DNA from: a virus
Taxonomy: Duplodnaviria; Caudoviricetes
Virus record (IMG/VR): IMGVR_UViG_3300012931_000024
Coordinates: 1-54,093 of that record
Reading direction: 5' to 3' (one strand)
Length of the DNA stretch: 54,093 nucleotides
Shown here: piece after piece, positions 1 to 8,843 of the stretch
Layout of the letters: each line of letters opens with the position of its first letter
How positions within the stretch are numbered: position 1 is the first letter of the stretch
Translations under genes and position numbers: made by a program
The notes under the pieces: model-generated
Told to the model about the DNA's origin: nothing
The model's database searches: none
The model's input: only the letters and a program-made list of their open reading frames with translations

Positions 1-22
1 ACTTGATAAAAGGGGCGACCAT

Positions 23-2203
23 ATGCAAATAATAATTAAATCTATATCAGGTAAGGGTTTTTTAACTTTTAAAAATACCTTTAATCAGGATTTTGAAAAG
101 TTTGGAAATACACCGGTGTTGATAGTAGGGGAAAATAAAGTTGATGCCAAATCTATTTCCAATGGTTCAGGAAAATCCTCTTTAATTGAAGCCTTGAATT
201 TTGTCCTTTTTGGAGTAACCGCCCGTGCTTTAAAATATTCAGATGAAATAATAAATTGGGATTCGGATGCCTGTGCTGTATCAGTTAAAATTCTTGTGGG
301 TGAAGAAGAATATGAAATATGGAGAGAAAGAAGCAAAGGAAAAGCCTCAACCTTAACCATATTCCATTCAACTGAATATCCAAAATCAGTGGATATTCTC
401 CCCCAAGCTGATAATAAAACTAAACAGGTTTGGCTTGAGAATTTACTTGGTTTTTCTTTTGTTTCTTGGTCTTGTGCAGTAATGTTTCACCAAGATTTTA
501 CTGCTTTTCCTGACTTGAAACCTGCTCAAAGAGCAGAAATCCTAAGTGAAGTGGCAGGCTTAGATATTTATATTCAGGCCGCTGAGGTGGCTAAAAAGAA
601 ATTAATCCTTCTTAATAATAGAGTGAGTCTACTTGAAAATGATATTAATTCTCAAAATGAAGGCATAGACCGTTTAAAATCTGTCAATTATCAAGAAAAA
701 ATTAATGGGTTTGAACTTGATAGGCAACAAAAGATTATCGTTCTTAGGAAAGAGCAAAGAGAGACAAAGGCAAAGGATGAACAAGAAAAGAAACTTGCTC
801 AGAAAAGCCTTTTAATTATCAATCCTAAAATTGAGGAAATCACAAAAAAGATTGAGGATTTAGAGCAAAAGAAAAATCAACCTTTTTCAAGTCCACGAAT
901 TATTGAAATTCAGAAACTTCTTCTTGAATTAAAAGAAGAAAAAGAAAAACCTTTTATTTCTAATCTTGATGGTAGAATTCAAGAGTTGGAGAATGAACTT
1001 AAAGGACTTCCATCTATAGTAACTCTTTTACAGGAACAGATAAAAACCAATACCGAAATTGATGGAGAAATTAATACCCTTATCCGAGATATTTCTAAAT
1101 TAAATAATGAAATGTCAAAATTTCAAACGCTCGGTGTTGGTCAATGTCCTACTTGTAAACAGGAAGTATCAGCAGAGCATTTAAAAGACCATTTAACTGA
1201 TATGGAAGCTGAATTATTAGTCTTAGAAACCAAAAGACAAGGAAAGAATGAAAGAAAAAAAGCCAGTTCCAAACTTTTAATGGACATTCAACACCAGTAT
1301 AATGGTTTGAAAGAATTTGAAAAAGAATTGGAAGAGAAAAGAAAGGAAAGACAAAAAGAAGAAATTCAACATTTTGAACGTATTGGGGCAAAAAGACAAA
1401 ATTTGAATGAAGAAAAAGGAAGACTAGAAGCCAGTCATTTCACTAGAATAACAAACCAACTTACAAATTTTCGTCAAGAACTTCACACTTTGACACTTGA
1501 GCAGAAGACCCATGAGTCTGTAATCAATTCTGAGGCAGGTAAGACGCTCGTAGCCACTCTTGAATCTCAAATTGAGTCAACTCGTCAAGAGAAGAATCCT
1601 TATGTGGAATTAAAAGATAGGAATGACCAGCAAATTAAAGAGATAGAAGAAAAAATCAACCAGATGAAATCTGAAATGAATGAAAAAACAGAAACAGGAA
1701 TATATCTTTCTTATTGGGTAGATGGCTATAAAAGATTAAGAATGATGATGTTTGATTCCTTAATAATTCGCTTAGAAGAACTCTCTCAAGACTATCTATC
1801 CGACTATTGCTCAGAGCTTTATGTAACAATTACTGGTGAAAGGGATTTGAAAACAGGCGGAAAAAAGGATGAAATCTATATAGAAGTAAGCGGGGACAAA
1901 GGAAAATCAAGTTTTGAAGCCTATAGCGGCGGTGAGAAACAAAAAATCAAGATGGCGGTTAGTTTGGCCCTTGCTGAAGTCATTAAAGAAAAATGTGGAA
2001 AGGATTTTAATCTCATAGCTTTTGATGAGCCGAATGATTCCTTGGATGATATTGGCAAAGATACTAATTTCCAGGTATTCAAATCAATCGCAGAAAAGAA
2101 AACTGTATTGGTGGTCGACCATGATGGCTATTTCAAAGACAGATTTGATAATTCCATCATAATAAGAAAAGAGATTGATGGTTCAAGAATAGTTGCACAA
2201 TGA
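23..2203 (+). CDS. SbcC/Rad50/T4 gp46-like SMC-type ATPase (recombination exonuclease subunit)
   Basis: Walker A SNGSGKSS, Q-loop, coiled coils around a CPTC zinc hook, signature YSGGEKQK, Walker B LIAFDEP, H-loop VVDH. Confidence 0.93.
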   Translation: MQIIIKSISGKGFLTFKNTFNQDFEKFGNTPVLIVGENKVDAKSISNGSGKSSLIEALNFVLFGVTARALKYSDEIINWDSDACAVSVKILVGEEEYEIWRERSKGKASTLTIFHSTEYPKSVDILPQADNKTKQVWLENLLGFSFVSWSCAVMFHQDFTAFPDLKPAQRAEILSEVAGLDIYIQAAEVAKKKLILLNNRVSLLENDINSQNEGIDRLKSVNYQEKINGFELDRQQKIIVLRKEQRETKAKDEQEKKLAQKSLLIINPKIEEITKKIEDLEQKKNQPFSSPRIIEIQKLLLELKEEKEKPFISNLDGRIQELENELKGLPSIVTLLQEQIKTNTEIDGEINTLIRDISKLNNEMSKFQTLGVGQCPTCKQEVSAEHLKDHLTDMEAELLVLETKRQGKNERKKASSKLLMDIQHQYNGLKEFEKELEEKRKERQKEEIQHFERIGAKRQNLNEEKGRLEASHFTRITNQLTNFRQELHTLTLEQKTHESVINSEAGKTLVATLESQIESTRQEKNPYVELKDRNDQQIKEIEEKINQMKSEMNEKTETGIYLSYWVDGYKRLRMMMFDSLIIRLEELSQDYLSDYCSELYVTITGERDLKTGGKKDEIYIEVSGDKGKSSFEAYSGGEKQKIKMAVSLALAEVIKEKCGKDFNLIAFDEPNDSLDDIGKDTNFQVFKSIAEKKTVLVVDHDGYFKDRFDNSIIIRKEIDGSRIVAQ

Positions 2204-2286
2204 GAAATTGGATATTAATAATTTGTTTTCTACTGGCGGTAGGGGCTTGGTGTTATATGGCAATTAATAGTAAAAGTTTTCCATAA
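2200..2286 (+). CDS. 28-aa single-TM peptide (MRNWILIICFLLAVGAWCYMAINSKSFP)
   Basis: ATGA overlap with the upstream stop; hydrophobic; read manually (below ORF-track cutoff). Confidence 0.5.
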   Translation: MRNWILIICFLLAVGAWCYMAINSKSFP

Positions 2287-2299
2287 GGAGGGAAATTTT

Positions 2300-2494
2300 A
2301 TGTTAGACCGAAATGATGCAATTCTTTTATTAACTTTGGTATTGGATAATCTCGAATCCTGTCCTTCGGGAGACCAACCCTCAAATCGGTTGACTTTGTT
2401 AGAGCTTCCCGAGAACTTATTTGATGCTGAAATAGATGCAAATAGATTCCAAAGTGTAGGGAGAAAATTACGGGATGATTACAATTTAATATGA
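2300..2494 (+). CDS. hypothetical protein
   Basis: Strong AGGAGG Shine-Dalgarno; operon context. Confidence 0.7.
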   Translation: MLDRNDAILLLTLVLDNLESCPSGDQPSNRLTLLELPENLFDAEIDANRFQSVGRKLRDDYNLI

Positions 2495-2509
2495 TAGGAG
2501 AGATAGAAA

Positions 2510-2968
2510 TTGCAATCTAATAGATATAAAATTATAATCATAAGAGATGGTAGAATTATCCTGGAAGAAGCCTTGGATTTTGTTAATTGTGTGGATATTC
2601 CTTTGTTTATTTCTCATAAAGCTGTTTTGGATATGCATAAACTATATGCAATAGAACAGGATTCAGCCAATTGTAAATTGATTGGTCATATTGCCCCATT
2701 TCCTTTTGATTTTGGTATTTATATTGATGAAGTTCTTATGAAACCGGAACAGAAATCTTTTCTTACTTACTTAACCAATTCCATAATTGAATGTATCGGC
2801 ACTCATCCACAAGAAATGATGATGTCATTTGGAAAATTAATGGATTTGGCTGGAAAATCAAATGATAGGATAAAGACTAACTTTTTTATAAGAAGTATTT
2901 TCAGACCTTCATCTGAAAAACAATTACCTAAAAAAGAAGGATATTTGCGTGTGGTGGATTTGGATTAA
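2510..2968 (+). CDS. hypothetical protein
   Basis: AGGAG SD before TTG start; 152 aa. Confidence 0.7.
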   Translation: MQSNRYKIIIIRDGRIILEEALDFVNCVDIPLFISHKAVLDMHKLYAIEQDSANCKLIGHIAPFPFDFGIYIDEVLMKPEQKSFLTYLTNSIIECIGTHPQEMMMSFGKLMDLAGKSNDRIKTNFFIRSIFRPSSEKQLPKKEGYLRVVDLD

Positions 2969-3004
2969 AAGTTTATTTAAGAATATAAAAGGATTATAGA
3001 TTAA

Positions 3005-3106
3005 ATGGGGCGGGTAGTGGTAAAGCAGAGGCGATTAAGACCATGAGGAAGTTCTGGAACATCATAGTCATAGAGCAAAGCAGGTGCGAATCCTGCCCCG
3101 CCCCAT
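3005..3106 (+). ncRNA. tRNA-like RNA / pseudo-tRNA (acceptor stem plus T-arm, no canonical anticodon arm)
   Basis: ATGGGGCGGG (3005-3014) pairs with CCCGCCCCAT (3097-3106); T-arm GCAGG-TGCGAAT-CCTGC (3080-3096); D-loop-like TAGTGGTAA; GC-rich intergenic island. Confidence 0.6.
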
Positions 3107-3164
3107 CCCGAATCGAAGAATACACTCAACATAGTTGAGTTAAATAAAATGGAGGAGAAATCAA

Positions 3165-3437
3165 ATGGCTGAATTGGGTGATTTGGTAAAAGACAAAATC
3201 ACTGGATTTGTAGGTTGTATAGAGATTGTCTCTAACTATTTGAATGGTTGCAGACGTATGGGAATAAAACCAATAGAATTGAGAGAAGGTAAACCTATTG
3301 AATCTCAATTCTATGATGAACCCCAACTTGAAATTGTCGAAGCCGGTTGGTACTTCAAAAGACAGACTATAGAGGCTAAGGAACCTCCTGGCGGTTCGGC
3401 TTATCTTAATATCGACCCTGGAAAGGACCCTAAGTAA
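3165..3437 (+). CDS. hypothetical phage protein (small beta-barrel-like)
   Basis: GGAGG SD; LGDLVKDKITGFVG start resembles common small phage proteins. Confidence 0.75.
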   Translation: MAELGDLVKDKITGFVGCIEIVSNYLNGCRRMGIKPIELREGKPIESQFYDEPQLEIVEAGWYFKRQTIEAKEPPGGSAYLNIDPGKDPK

Positions 3438-3439
3438 CT

Positions 3440-4393
3440 ATGTCAAAGGTCATCATTTACCATTCAGATATTGATAGGCTTCTTGATTACTATGTTGAGC
3501 CTGGTTCAATTGATTGTGCTGTATTTTCTCCACCTTACTACCGCCTTCGAGATTATAAAGTAGAAGGCCAGATAGGTTGGGAAAAGACACCAGAGTTGTA
3601 TATCGGAAGAATGAGAGAGGTATTCTATAAACTCTGGAACTCCTTGAAGGATGAAGGCACAATCTGGATGGTAATTGGTGATTCTTATTCATCCGGCGGT
3701 AAGGGGAAGTGGCTTGGCTATTCAAAAGAAATGGGTGAAGGACTTCCCCCTTTAAAGACTCCAAAAGGTTATAAACCGAAGGATTTACTTGGAATCCCTT
3801 GGCGGTTAGCCCTGGCATTACAAGGTTTTTCTTCAATCTCTTCCCGAAATATTTGGGATTTAAGAAGGAAATTGATTGATGCTATGACTGAAAAAAATTG
3901 GGACAAAGTAACTAATATAACAGATGAACTTTCTGAATGGGCAATAATGTCAGAAGTAGAACACCCATTATGGATTAGGACAGATATAATTTGGAATAAA
4001 ACAAATTCTACGCCAGAAATGGCAAAGGATAGACCACATCGTTCCCACGAATATATTTTCTTGTTTTCCAAAAAGAAAAATTATTATTATGATCAAGCAT
4101 TGGCTACTCATAAAAACCACAATAAGACAGTTTGGACAATACCAACAGATTCTAAAAAAGGACATCATGCAACTTATCCAGTAGATTTAGCGACTGGTTG
4201 TATTCTTGCAGGTTGTCCACCAAATGGTACTGTACTTGACCCTTTTTGTGGTTTGGGAACCACTGGATTAGCTGCTCTCAGAGTTGGAAGGAATGCAATT
4301 TTGGGGGACATTAGCTTAAAATATTGCAAAATGAGTTATAATCGCATAAAATTAGAAAATCCAATTTTTTACCAGGTAGAATTATTAAAATAA
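3440..4393 (+). CDS. DNA methyltransferase, N4-cytosine/N6-adenine beta class
   Basis: Motif IV SPPY near the N-terminus; motif I VLDPFCGLGTTG near the C-terminus; IIWNK and HEYIFLFSK motifs. Confidence 0.93.
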   Translation: MSKVIIYHSDIDRLLDYYVEPGSIDCAVFSPPYYRLRDYKVEGQIGWEKTPELYIGRMREVFYKLWNSLKDEGTIWMVIGDSYSSGGKGKWLGYSKEMGEGLPPLKTPKGYKPKDLLGIPWRLALALQGFSSISSRNIWDLRRKLIDAMTEKNWDKVTNITDELSEWAIMSEVEHPLWIRTDIIWNKTNSTPEMAKDRPHRSHEYIFLFSKKKNYYYDQALATHKNHNKTVWTIPTDSKKGHHATYPVDLATGCILAGCPPNGTVLDPFCGLGTTGLAALRVGRNAILGDISLKYCKMSYNRIKLENPIFYQVELLK

Positions 4394-4414
4394 ATTATTC
4401 ATGGAGGACCAATA

Positions 4415-4612
4415 GTGCAAAAAGTTAATGTAAAATTCAAAGAAACAGTTACGGAAAGATTTAGAGAAGTTGACCCGGAGGCTGAAATCAAGGTTCGTTT
4501 GGTTTATATGGTAGAGGTTACTGCCAGCAAAAAATTTGCGGATAAAAAAAGCGACAGGAACTTTTTGATGTGGAATATGGGCTACTTAGGAAGTTTCCAA
4601 AGATTAATATGA
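4415..4612 (+). CDS. hypothetical protein
   Basis: GGAGG SD before GTG start. Confidence 0.65.
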   Translation: MQKVNVKFKETVTERFREVDPEAEIKVRLVYMVEVTASKKFADKKSDRNFLMWNMGYLGSFQRLI

Positions 4613-4694
4613 ATTTTCATATCTGGAATAAATGATAAAGCTGGTTGACATTATCCGGATTTACTAAATGGGTAACTGATGGCTTTAAATAAAA

Positions 4695-5384
4695 ATGAAA
4701 AATAAATACACCGAACCCAATTATAATAAATATGAATCACCATTTATTATTAGACTTGAAGCTGTCATTTTAAAAGATGGGTATGATAGTGTAAAATCTT
4801 TTGTAAGACACCAACTCAATGAAGGAAAAAACTTTCGTGAAATACAATCCTTTATTGAGGAGAAATATAATTTAAAAGTTCATTGGGCGACAATCCAAAG
4901 GAATCTTCGGCATTTAGCACAACCTAATTATAACCGCAAAACCGCAGGACATTATAAAAGAAGGGCTATTGTCCGTAGACAAGGAGATGATTCAGTTACC
5001 CATTTCATTAAAGCTCGATTAAAAGAAGGATTTACTATAAAAAAACTTGCCAGGATATTTAAAATTTCTCATCCAGAGAATATTTATAATCTTGAAAAAA
5101 TTTATCCAATTAAATTTGATGGCAGCCAAAATCAAGATAAGGTCAATATGGGATTCAAAAGTCAAGCAGCTTATAGAAGATGGCTGCTCATAGCAAGGAA
5201 ATTAGGTTTTAATTCGGTAACGGAAGCTGTCAGATACCTTTTTGTGGACAAAGGTCTTTCACTTAGAGATGTTGGATGGATATTCAGGGTTACTCCTTAT
5301 CGAATGTTTCAAAGGGTTAAAATCTCCATACGAGCTTGTGGAGAAGACAAACTAAGAAAAAAGGAGAAAGTAAATGGCAATTGA
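4695..5384 (+). CDS. basic multi-HTH-repeat DNA-binding protein
   Basis: Three GxxSV repeats, each followed by an HTH-like segment (NFREIQ, TIKKLARIFKIS, SLRDVGWIFRVT). Confidence 0.65.
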   Translation: MKNKYTEPNYNKYESPFIIRLEAVILKDGYDSVKSFVRHQLNEGKNFREIQSFIEEKYNLKVHWATIQRNLRHLAQPNYNRKTAGHYKRRAIVRRQGDDSVTHFIKARLKEGFTIKKLARIFKISHPENIYNLEKIYPIKFDGSQNQDKVNMGFKSQAAYRRWLLIARKLGFNSVTEAVRYLFVDKGLSLRDVGWIFRVTPYRMFQRVKISIRACGEDKLRKKEKVNGN

Positions 5385-5658
5385 CCAACTTATCGAACCG
5401 ATGTTTGAACTAACCGGTTATCAAAAGTCAAACCTTCGTTACATTCTGGGGAAATTCGGGGATTGTCTTCTCAAGGCTTTGGAGAAGGACAAAGAAGTAA
5501 GAATCCAAGGGGTTGGCACCTTCTATTTGAGGGTAAGGGAAAGCAGACCCGGAAGAAATCCTGCAACTGGAGAAACTGTTCAAGTTCCGGAAAGAACTTT
5601 TGTGCAGTTCAGAATGCACAATAGTTTTAAAAGGGCTTTTCAGAAGGATGGTAAATAA
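5374..5658 (+). CDS. HU/IHF-family DNA-binding protein
   Basis: EVRIQGVGTF...RPGRNPATGETVQVP...VQF signature. Confidence 0.93.
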   Translation: MAIDQLIEPMFELTGYQKSNLRYILGKFGDCLLKALEKDKEVRIQGVGTFYLRVRESRPGRNPATGETVQVPERTFVQFRMHNSFKRAFQKDGK

Positions 5659-5672
5659 TGTAACTGACAATA

Positions 5673-5713
5673 AAATAGGGGACAAACATTCATTCTCAGT
5701 TTGTCCCCTATTT
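5673..5713. terminator. bidirectional intrinsic terminator between convergent operons
   Basis: Perfect 15-bp inverted repeat AAATAGGGGACAAAC / GTTTGTCCCCTATTT at the point of convergence. Confidence 0.8.
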
Positions 5714-5721
5714 CCATTCGG

Positions 5722-5892
5722 TTAATAAGTGTCTGGATTATGGTCATCAATCCTTTTTTGAAGTTTGGCCCAATCTTCAGCAGTGGGTTCACCACTGACA
5801 TCCTTATTCCAATCATTGTAAACTTCCATGGCTTTGGGACCATAGGTTGAGACCAGACTGAAAATCAATGCCGCAATTTCAAGACCTCCCAT
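5722..5892 (-). CDS. 56-aa lysis-module small protein (MGGLEIAALIFSLVSTYGPK...)
   Basis: Read manually; GGAGG SD at the end of the upstream lipoprotein gene; ends just before the terminator. Confidence 0.65.
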   Translation of the reverse strand: MGGLEIAALIFSLVSTYGPKAMEVYNDWNKDVSGEPTAEDWAKLQKRIDDHNPDTY

Positions 5893-5894
5893 GA

Positions 5895-6299
5895 TTATTT
5901 CCCTCCTTGAAGCTGTGTAACTTGAGTATTCAATAGTTTCTGGACATCATACATAGCGGTAAAAGCTGCATTCATTTTGTCATAATTGCTGGCATTCTTG
6001 GATGATACCCAAGCATTAGCCGCAATATCAGCCGCCTTAATAGCTTTCCAACAAGGCCAGCCAAATTTATCTTTAATTTCAGTATATTTGGCTGTGGTAA
6101 TAACCTTTTGTTGTTCCAATGTCCTTAATGAAGACATTGCCAAATCGTAAGCGTCAAATGCCATTGTCACCGTTTTAAGTGCTACCGCTTCAGCCGACTG
6201 GACCTGGGGTTGGCTTCCCGGCTGTTGACTTGCTTTCGGGGGACAACCCAGTACCAACACCAATAACAGTAGGAACCACAGGTACCTCAACAGATGCAT
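5895..6299 (-). CDS. lipoprotein, possible spanin component
   Basis: Start at MHLLRYLWFLLLLVLVLG-C lipobox; Pro/Gln linker then helical domain; overlaps the upstream membrane gene. Confidence 0.7.
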   Translation of the reverse strand: MHLLRYLWFLLLLVLVLGCPPKASQQPGSQPQVQSAEAVALKTVTMAFDAYDLAMSSLRTLEQQKVITTAKYTEIKDKFGWPCWKAIKAADIAANAWVSSKNASNYDKMNAAFTAMYDVQKLLNTQVTQLQGGK

Positions 6300-6636
6300 T
6301 TGGCGGACTTTCTGTAACATTAGGCGTTCCTCCTCTTGTTTGGGTTAAAGCTTGCTGTACCGCTGACCGCATGGCCCCTCCAAAATACCAGGTACAAATG
6401 CCAGTTGCCAAGCCACCAAGATAACCGATGACCAGCAACATTATATTCATCTTATCATCCGGTGGAGCCATTTCCACAAATTTATATAATAGGTAGATTA
6501 TGCCTGGAACTGTAACCAACCCTATAAGATTTCGGGTTATTTCCCTGGCTATATCTACCCAAAGCAATCTATGGGTCATTTTAGCCATTTCATCTGCTAT
6601 TGAACATTCCTTATCCATAGCACATTTGGGAGACAT
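6190..6636 (-). CDS. holin-like two-TM membrane protein
   Basis: Two hydrophobic helices and WYFG motif; directly follows the endolysin. Confidence 0.65.
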   Translation of the reverse strand: MSPKCAMDKECSIADEMAKMTHRLLWVDIAREITRNLIGLVTVPGIIYLLYKFVEMAPPDDKMNIMLLVIGYLGGLATGICTWYFGGAMRSAVQQALTQTRGGTPNVTESPPNASVEVPVVPTVIGVGTGLSPESKSTAGKPTPGPVG

Positions 6637-6658
6637 AATCTCACCATCTTCCTAACTA

Positions 6659-7297
6659 TCAGTTATATGATACTCCAGGAATAAGTGCCCCTGCGGTCCA
6701 ATCCCGCCCGGCTGTGGAGAAGACTCCTACACCATAATACTTACCCTTGGCTTCGATGGTACTGCCATCACCACGGCTAATGACAACATGGTTGCCATCA
6801 GGTGTGATTCTGAACAGCAAGGCCCCCGGGGTTCTCACGGCCTCGTCGATTGGAATTATGGTGTTATATTTCTTACAGTGTTCGTATTGATTGGCTGCTC
6901 CATCTGGCATCTCCGGAGAAATTTCAAGCTGGTGGCAGTCCCACTGCACAAGTTCCGAACAGTCGAATGCGTCTGGGTTGGGGTCATCCAGGTCCACCTC
7001 ATATCCAAAGATATAAGGATCTTTGTTCTGAGTCATGGCTTTACTGACAACCTTTTTCCCGGTGATAGCAGCACCTGGTTTTTCGGCAGGCTCAGGAACA
7101 TCTGGCCCAGCTTCACGCAAATACTTCCTGCTTATCCAGCCAATGGTATTGTCCTCCATTTCTATAGGACACCATTCTACTGGAATCTCGGCCTCGTCCA
7201 CGATTCTGCCTGCTACCAGTGTCTCGTAGACCTCGCTGTCAGTGGTTGGACCACTTCTGACATTCAGATTTGCGGTTACCTCAAACCTTGCTGACAT
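6659..7297 (-). CDS. endolysin: SH3b plus NlpC/P60 peptidase
   Basis: LNVRSGP...GWIS SH3 motif; FDCSELV catalytic Cys and HV His; start MSARF follows AGGAGG. Confidence 0.88.
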   Translation of the reverse strand: MSARFEVTANLNVRSGPTTDSEVYETLVAGRIVDEAEIPVEWCPIEMEDNTIGWISRKYLREAGPDVPEPAEKPGAAITGKKVVSKAMTQNKDPYIFGYEVDLDDPNPDAFDCSELVQWDCHQLEISPEMPDGAANQYEHCKKYNTIIPIDEAVRTPGALLFRITPDGNHVVISRGDGSTIEAKGKYYGVGVFSTAGRDWTAGALIPGVSYN

Positions 7298-7325
7298 AAA
7301 ACCTCCTACTGAGTAGTCTCTTGTT

Positions 7326-7811
7326 CTACTCCTTCGTTGAATATAACTTATGAAGTGCCGTAACCAAACCTTTAATCTCTCCAAGTTGCCCTTTTACCAC
7401 CCCAAATTCTACTGGGATTGCGTCCAGTTTCTCCCACATCTTACCCTGCTGTCTCTTGAATTCCGCAATTACTTCCTCATTGGCCGATTGGTGAAGTCTA
7501 AGCTCAGTCAAAGCAGAAATATTCGCTTTCTGCTGTGCCTGTATCTCCACCACAAACTTATGGAATGCCTCGTGTGCTGGGCAGGGATACAGACATGCTG
7601 GGCCATCTAAATCCAATGGCTCTTTGTGAGCAGGTGAAGTACCCACATTTACATTCACCTGCCTAAACATTTTTGACAACATAGGAAAAATCATTTTAAT
7701 TCCTAATCCGATTCCAAATCCTGCCAGCACGAATAATGCCAAGACAAACCAGGCCAGGTTCTGATGATCGGCACATAGATGATAAATATGTTCCATCCCA
7801 TTCCTCCCCAA
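7326..7811 (-). CDS. N-terminal TM plus coiled-coil protein (lysis module)
   Basis: TM segment LAWFVLALFVLAGFGIGLGI; heptad-rich C-terminus; upstream of the endolysin. Confidence 0.6.
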   Translation of the reverse strand: MGRNGMEHIYHLCADHQNLAWFVLALFVLAGFGIGLGIKMIFPMLSKMFRQVNVNVGTSPAHKEPLDLDGPACLYPCPAHEAFHKFVVEIQAQQKANISALTELRLHQSANEEVIAEFKRQQGKMWEKLDAIPVEFGVVKGQLGEIKGLVTALHKLYSTKE

Positions 7812-7853
7812 AACTTATAAAAGTATCCAATACAGATAAATTGATTCCATTAA

Positions 7854-8291
7854 TCATTTTAAACCTCCTACTACCATTTTGCCTCGTTCTTTTGTTAGAA
7901 TTTCCTCTACTGTTTTTGGATTTCGTGGAAACTCCAATCCTCTATCAAGAAGGTTACTTTCATAGTGACCGATATTAAATAAGTTTTTAATATAATCTGT
8001 TATCTTAAGGGTATCAAATAGTTTACATGAAAAAATATCTAAACTAAGGTAAGTTTTTTCTGGAAATGTATGAATACTAATATGGGATTCAGCTATGAGA
8101 ACAAAACCAGAAAGTCCCCAATCTTCAGGTACTTTTCCACTATACTTAAAAACATAAGGTGGCATAATCTTGGTCATTCCTATTATATCAGGACCTTCAT
8201 CTAAAAAAGAATAAATCAAATCCAAGTCCGTAATTTTTTGATAATTACAGTTATAACCATCTAAAGTAAGGTGAAGTCCAAATGCCTCCAT
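7854..8291 (-). CDS. speD: S-adenosylmethionine decarboxylase proenzyme (pyruvoyl-dependent)
   Basis: GLHLTLD N-terminus; GLSGFVLIAE-SHISIHTFPE autocleavage motif; DIFSCK. Confidence 0.9.
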   Translation of the reverse strand: MEAFGLHLTLDGYNCNYQKITDLDLIYSFLDEGPDIIGMTKIMPPYVFKYSGKVPEDWGLSGFVLIAESHISIHTFPEKTYLSLDIFSCKLFDTLKITDYIKNLFNIGHYESNLLDRGLEFPRNPKTVEEILTKERGKMVVGGLK

Positions 8292-8306
8292 GATTTTATG
8301 TCCTCC

Positions 8307-8588
8307 TTACTTTATATTAGATAAACTTTTTTTCTTAACCCGAAGTATCCCAAAAAAAAGTCTAAATGATTCAACTTTCCCTCTATTTATCCAACCGTAA
8401 ACAACATTTATAGAGACATTAAATTTATTTGCGACAACTGATGGTTTTAATAAAGTATCACTTCCTGCTTCTCTCATTTTATTTTCTATTTCAGATAAAG
8501 ATATTCCACTTTCAATCCATCTATATATAGTTCTCCTAGTTATTGAAAATTTTTTTGCTGCATAAAAGGTTAATTTACTTTTTTCCAT
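8307..8588 (-). CDS. tandem HTH (excisionase/MerR-like) DNA-binding protein
   Basis: Two repeats, AAKKFSITRRTIYRWIESG and VANKFNVSINVVYGWINRG; likely start MEKSK. Confidence 0.75.
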   Translation of the reverse strand: MEKSKLTFYAAKKFSITRRTIYRWIESGISLSEIENKMREAGSDTLLKPSVVANKFNVSINVVYGWINRGKVESFRLFFGILRVKKKSLSNIK

Positions 8589-8593
8589 TTCAT

Positions 8594-8842
8594 TTATATA
8601 ACCACTGGAAATGTTCTTTTCCCGGCCTGACTCTGAAGTTGCCTTTGTTGAGGAGGAACAGGGAAAATACGGAAACTGACAAATTCTTCCCATTCTACCT
8701 GAACAATATTTTGATAAACATACATCCCTTCAGGATTTGGAGTTAATTCCACCTGTGCAATAACTTGGGTGGATTTCATCAAAGGTGGATCATCAAACTC
8801 CACCTGAGAATGTGATTGGTAAACATCTATTTGGTTTGCCAT
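8594..8842 (-). CDS. small tail-associated protein with three QxxxQVE repeats
   Basis: QSHSQVEF, QVIAQVEL, QNIVQVEW; coupled to the upstream gene. Confidence 0.65.
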   Translation of the reverse strand: MANQIDVYQSHSQVEFDDPPLMKSTQVIAQVELTPNPEGMYVYQNIVQVEWEEFVSFRIFPVPPQQRQLQSQAGKRTFPVVI

Positions 8843-8843
8843 T

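Noticed and set aside
3005-3106. tmRNA or amber/opal suppressor tRNA
   Set aside because: Too short for tmRNA, no tag ORF, and no CUA/UCA anticodon loop in a canonical arm.
5640-5843. 67-aa minus-strand ORF from the track
   Set aside because: Runs through the terminator; the alternative frame 5722..5892 has an SD and fits the operon.
7298-7384. N-terminal extension of the endolysin in the ORF track
   Set aside because: AGGAGG precedes ATG at 7297; the longer start overlaps the upstream gene.
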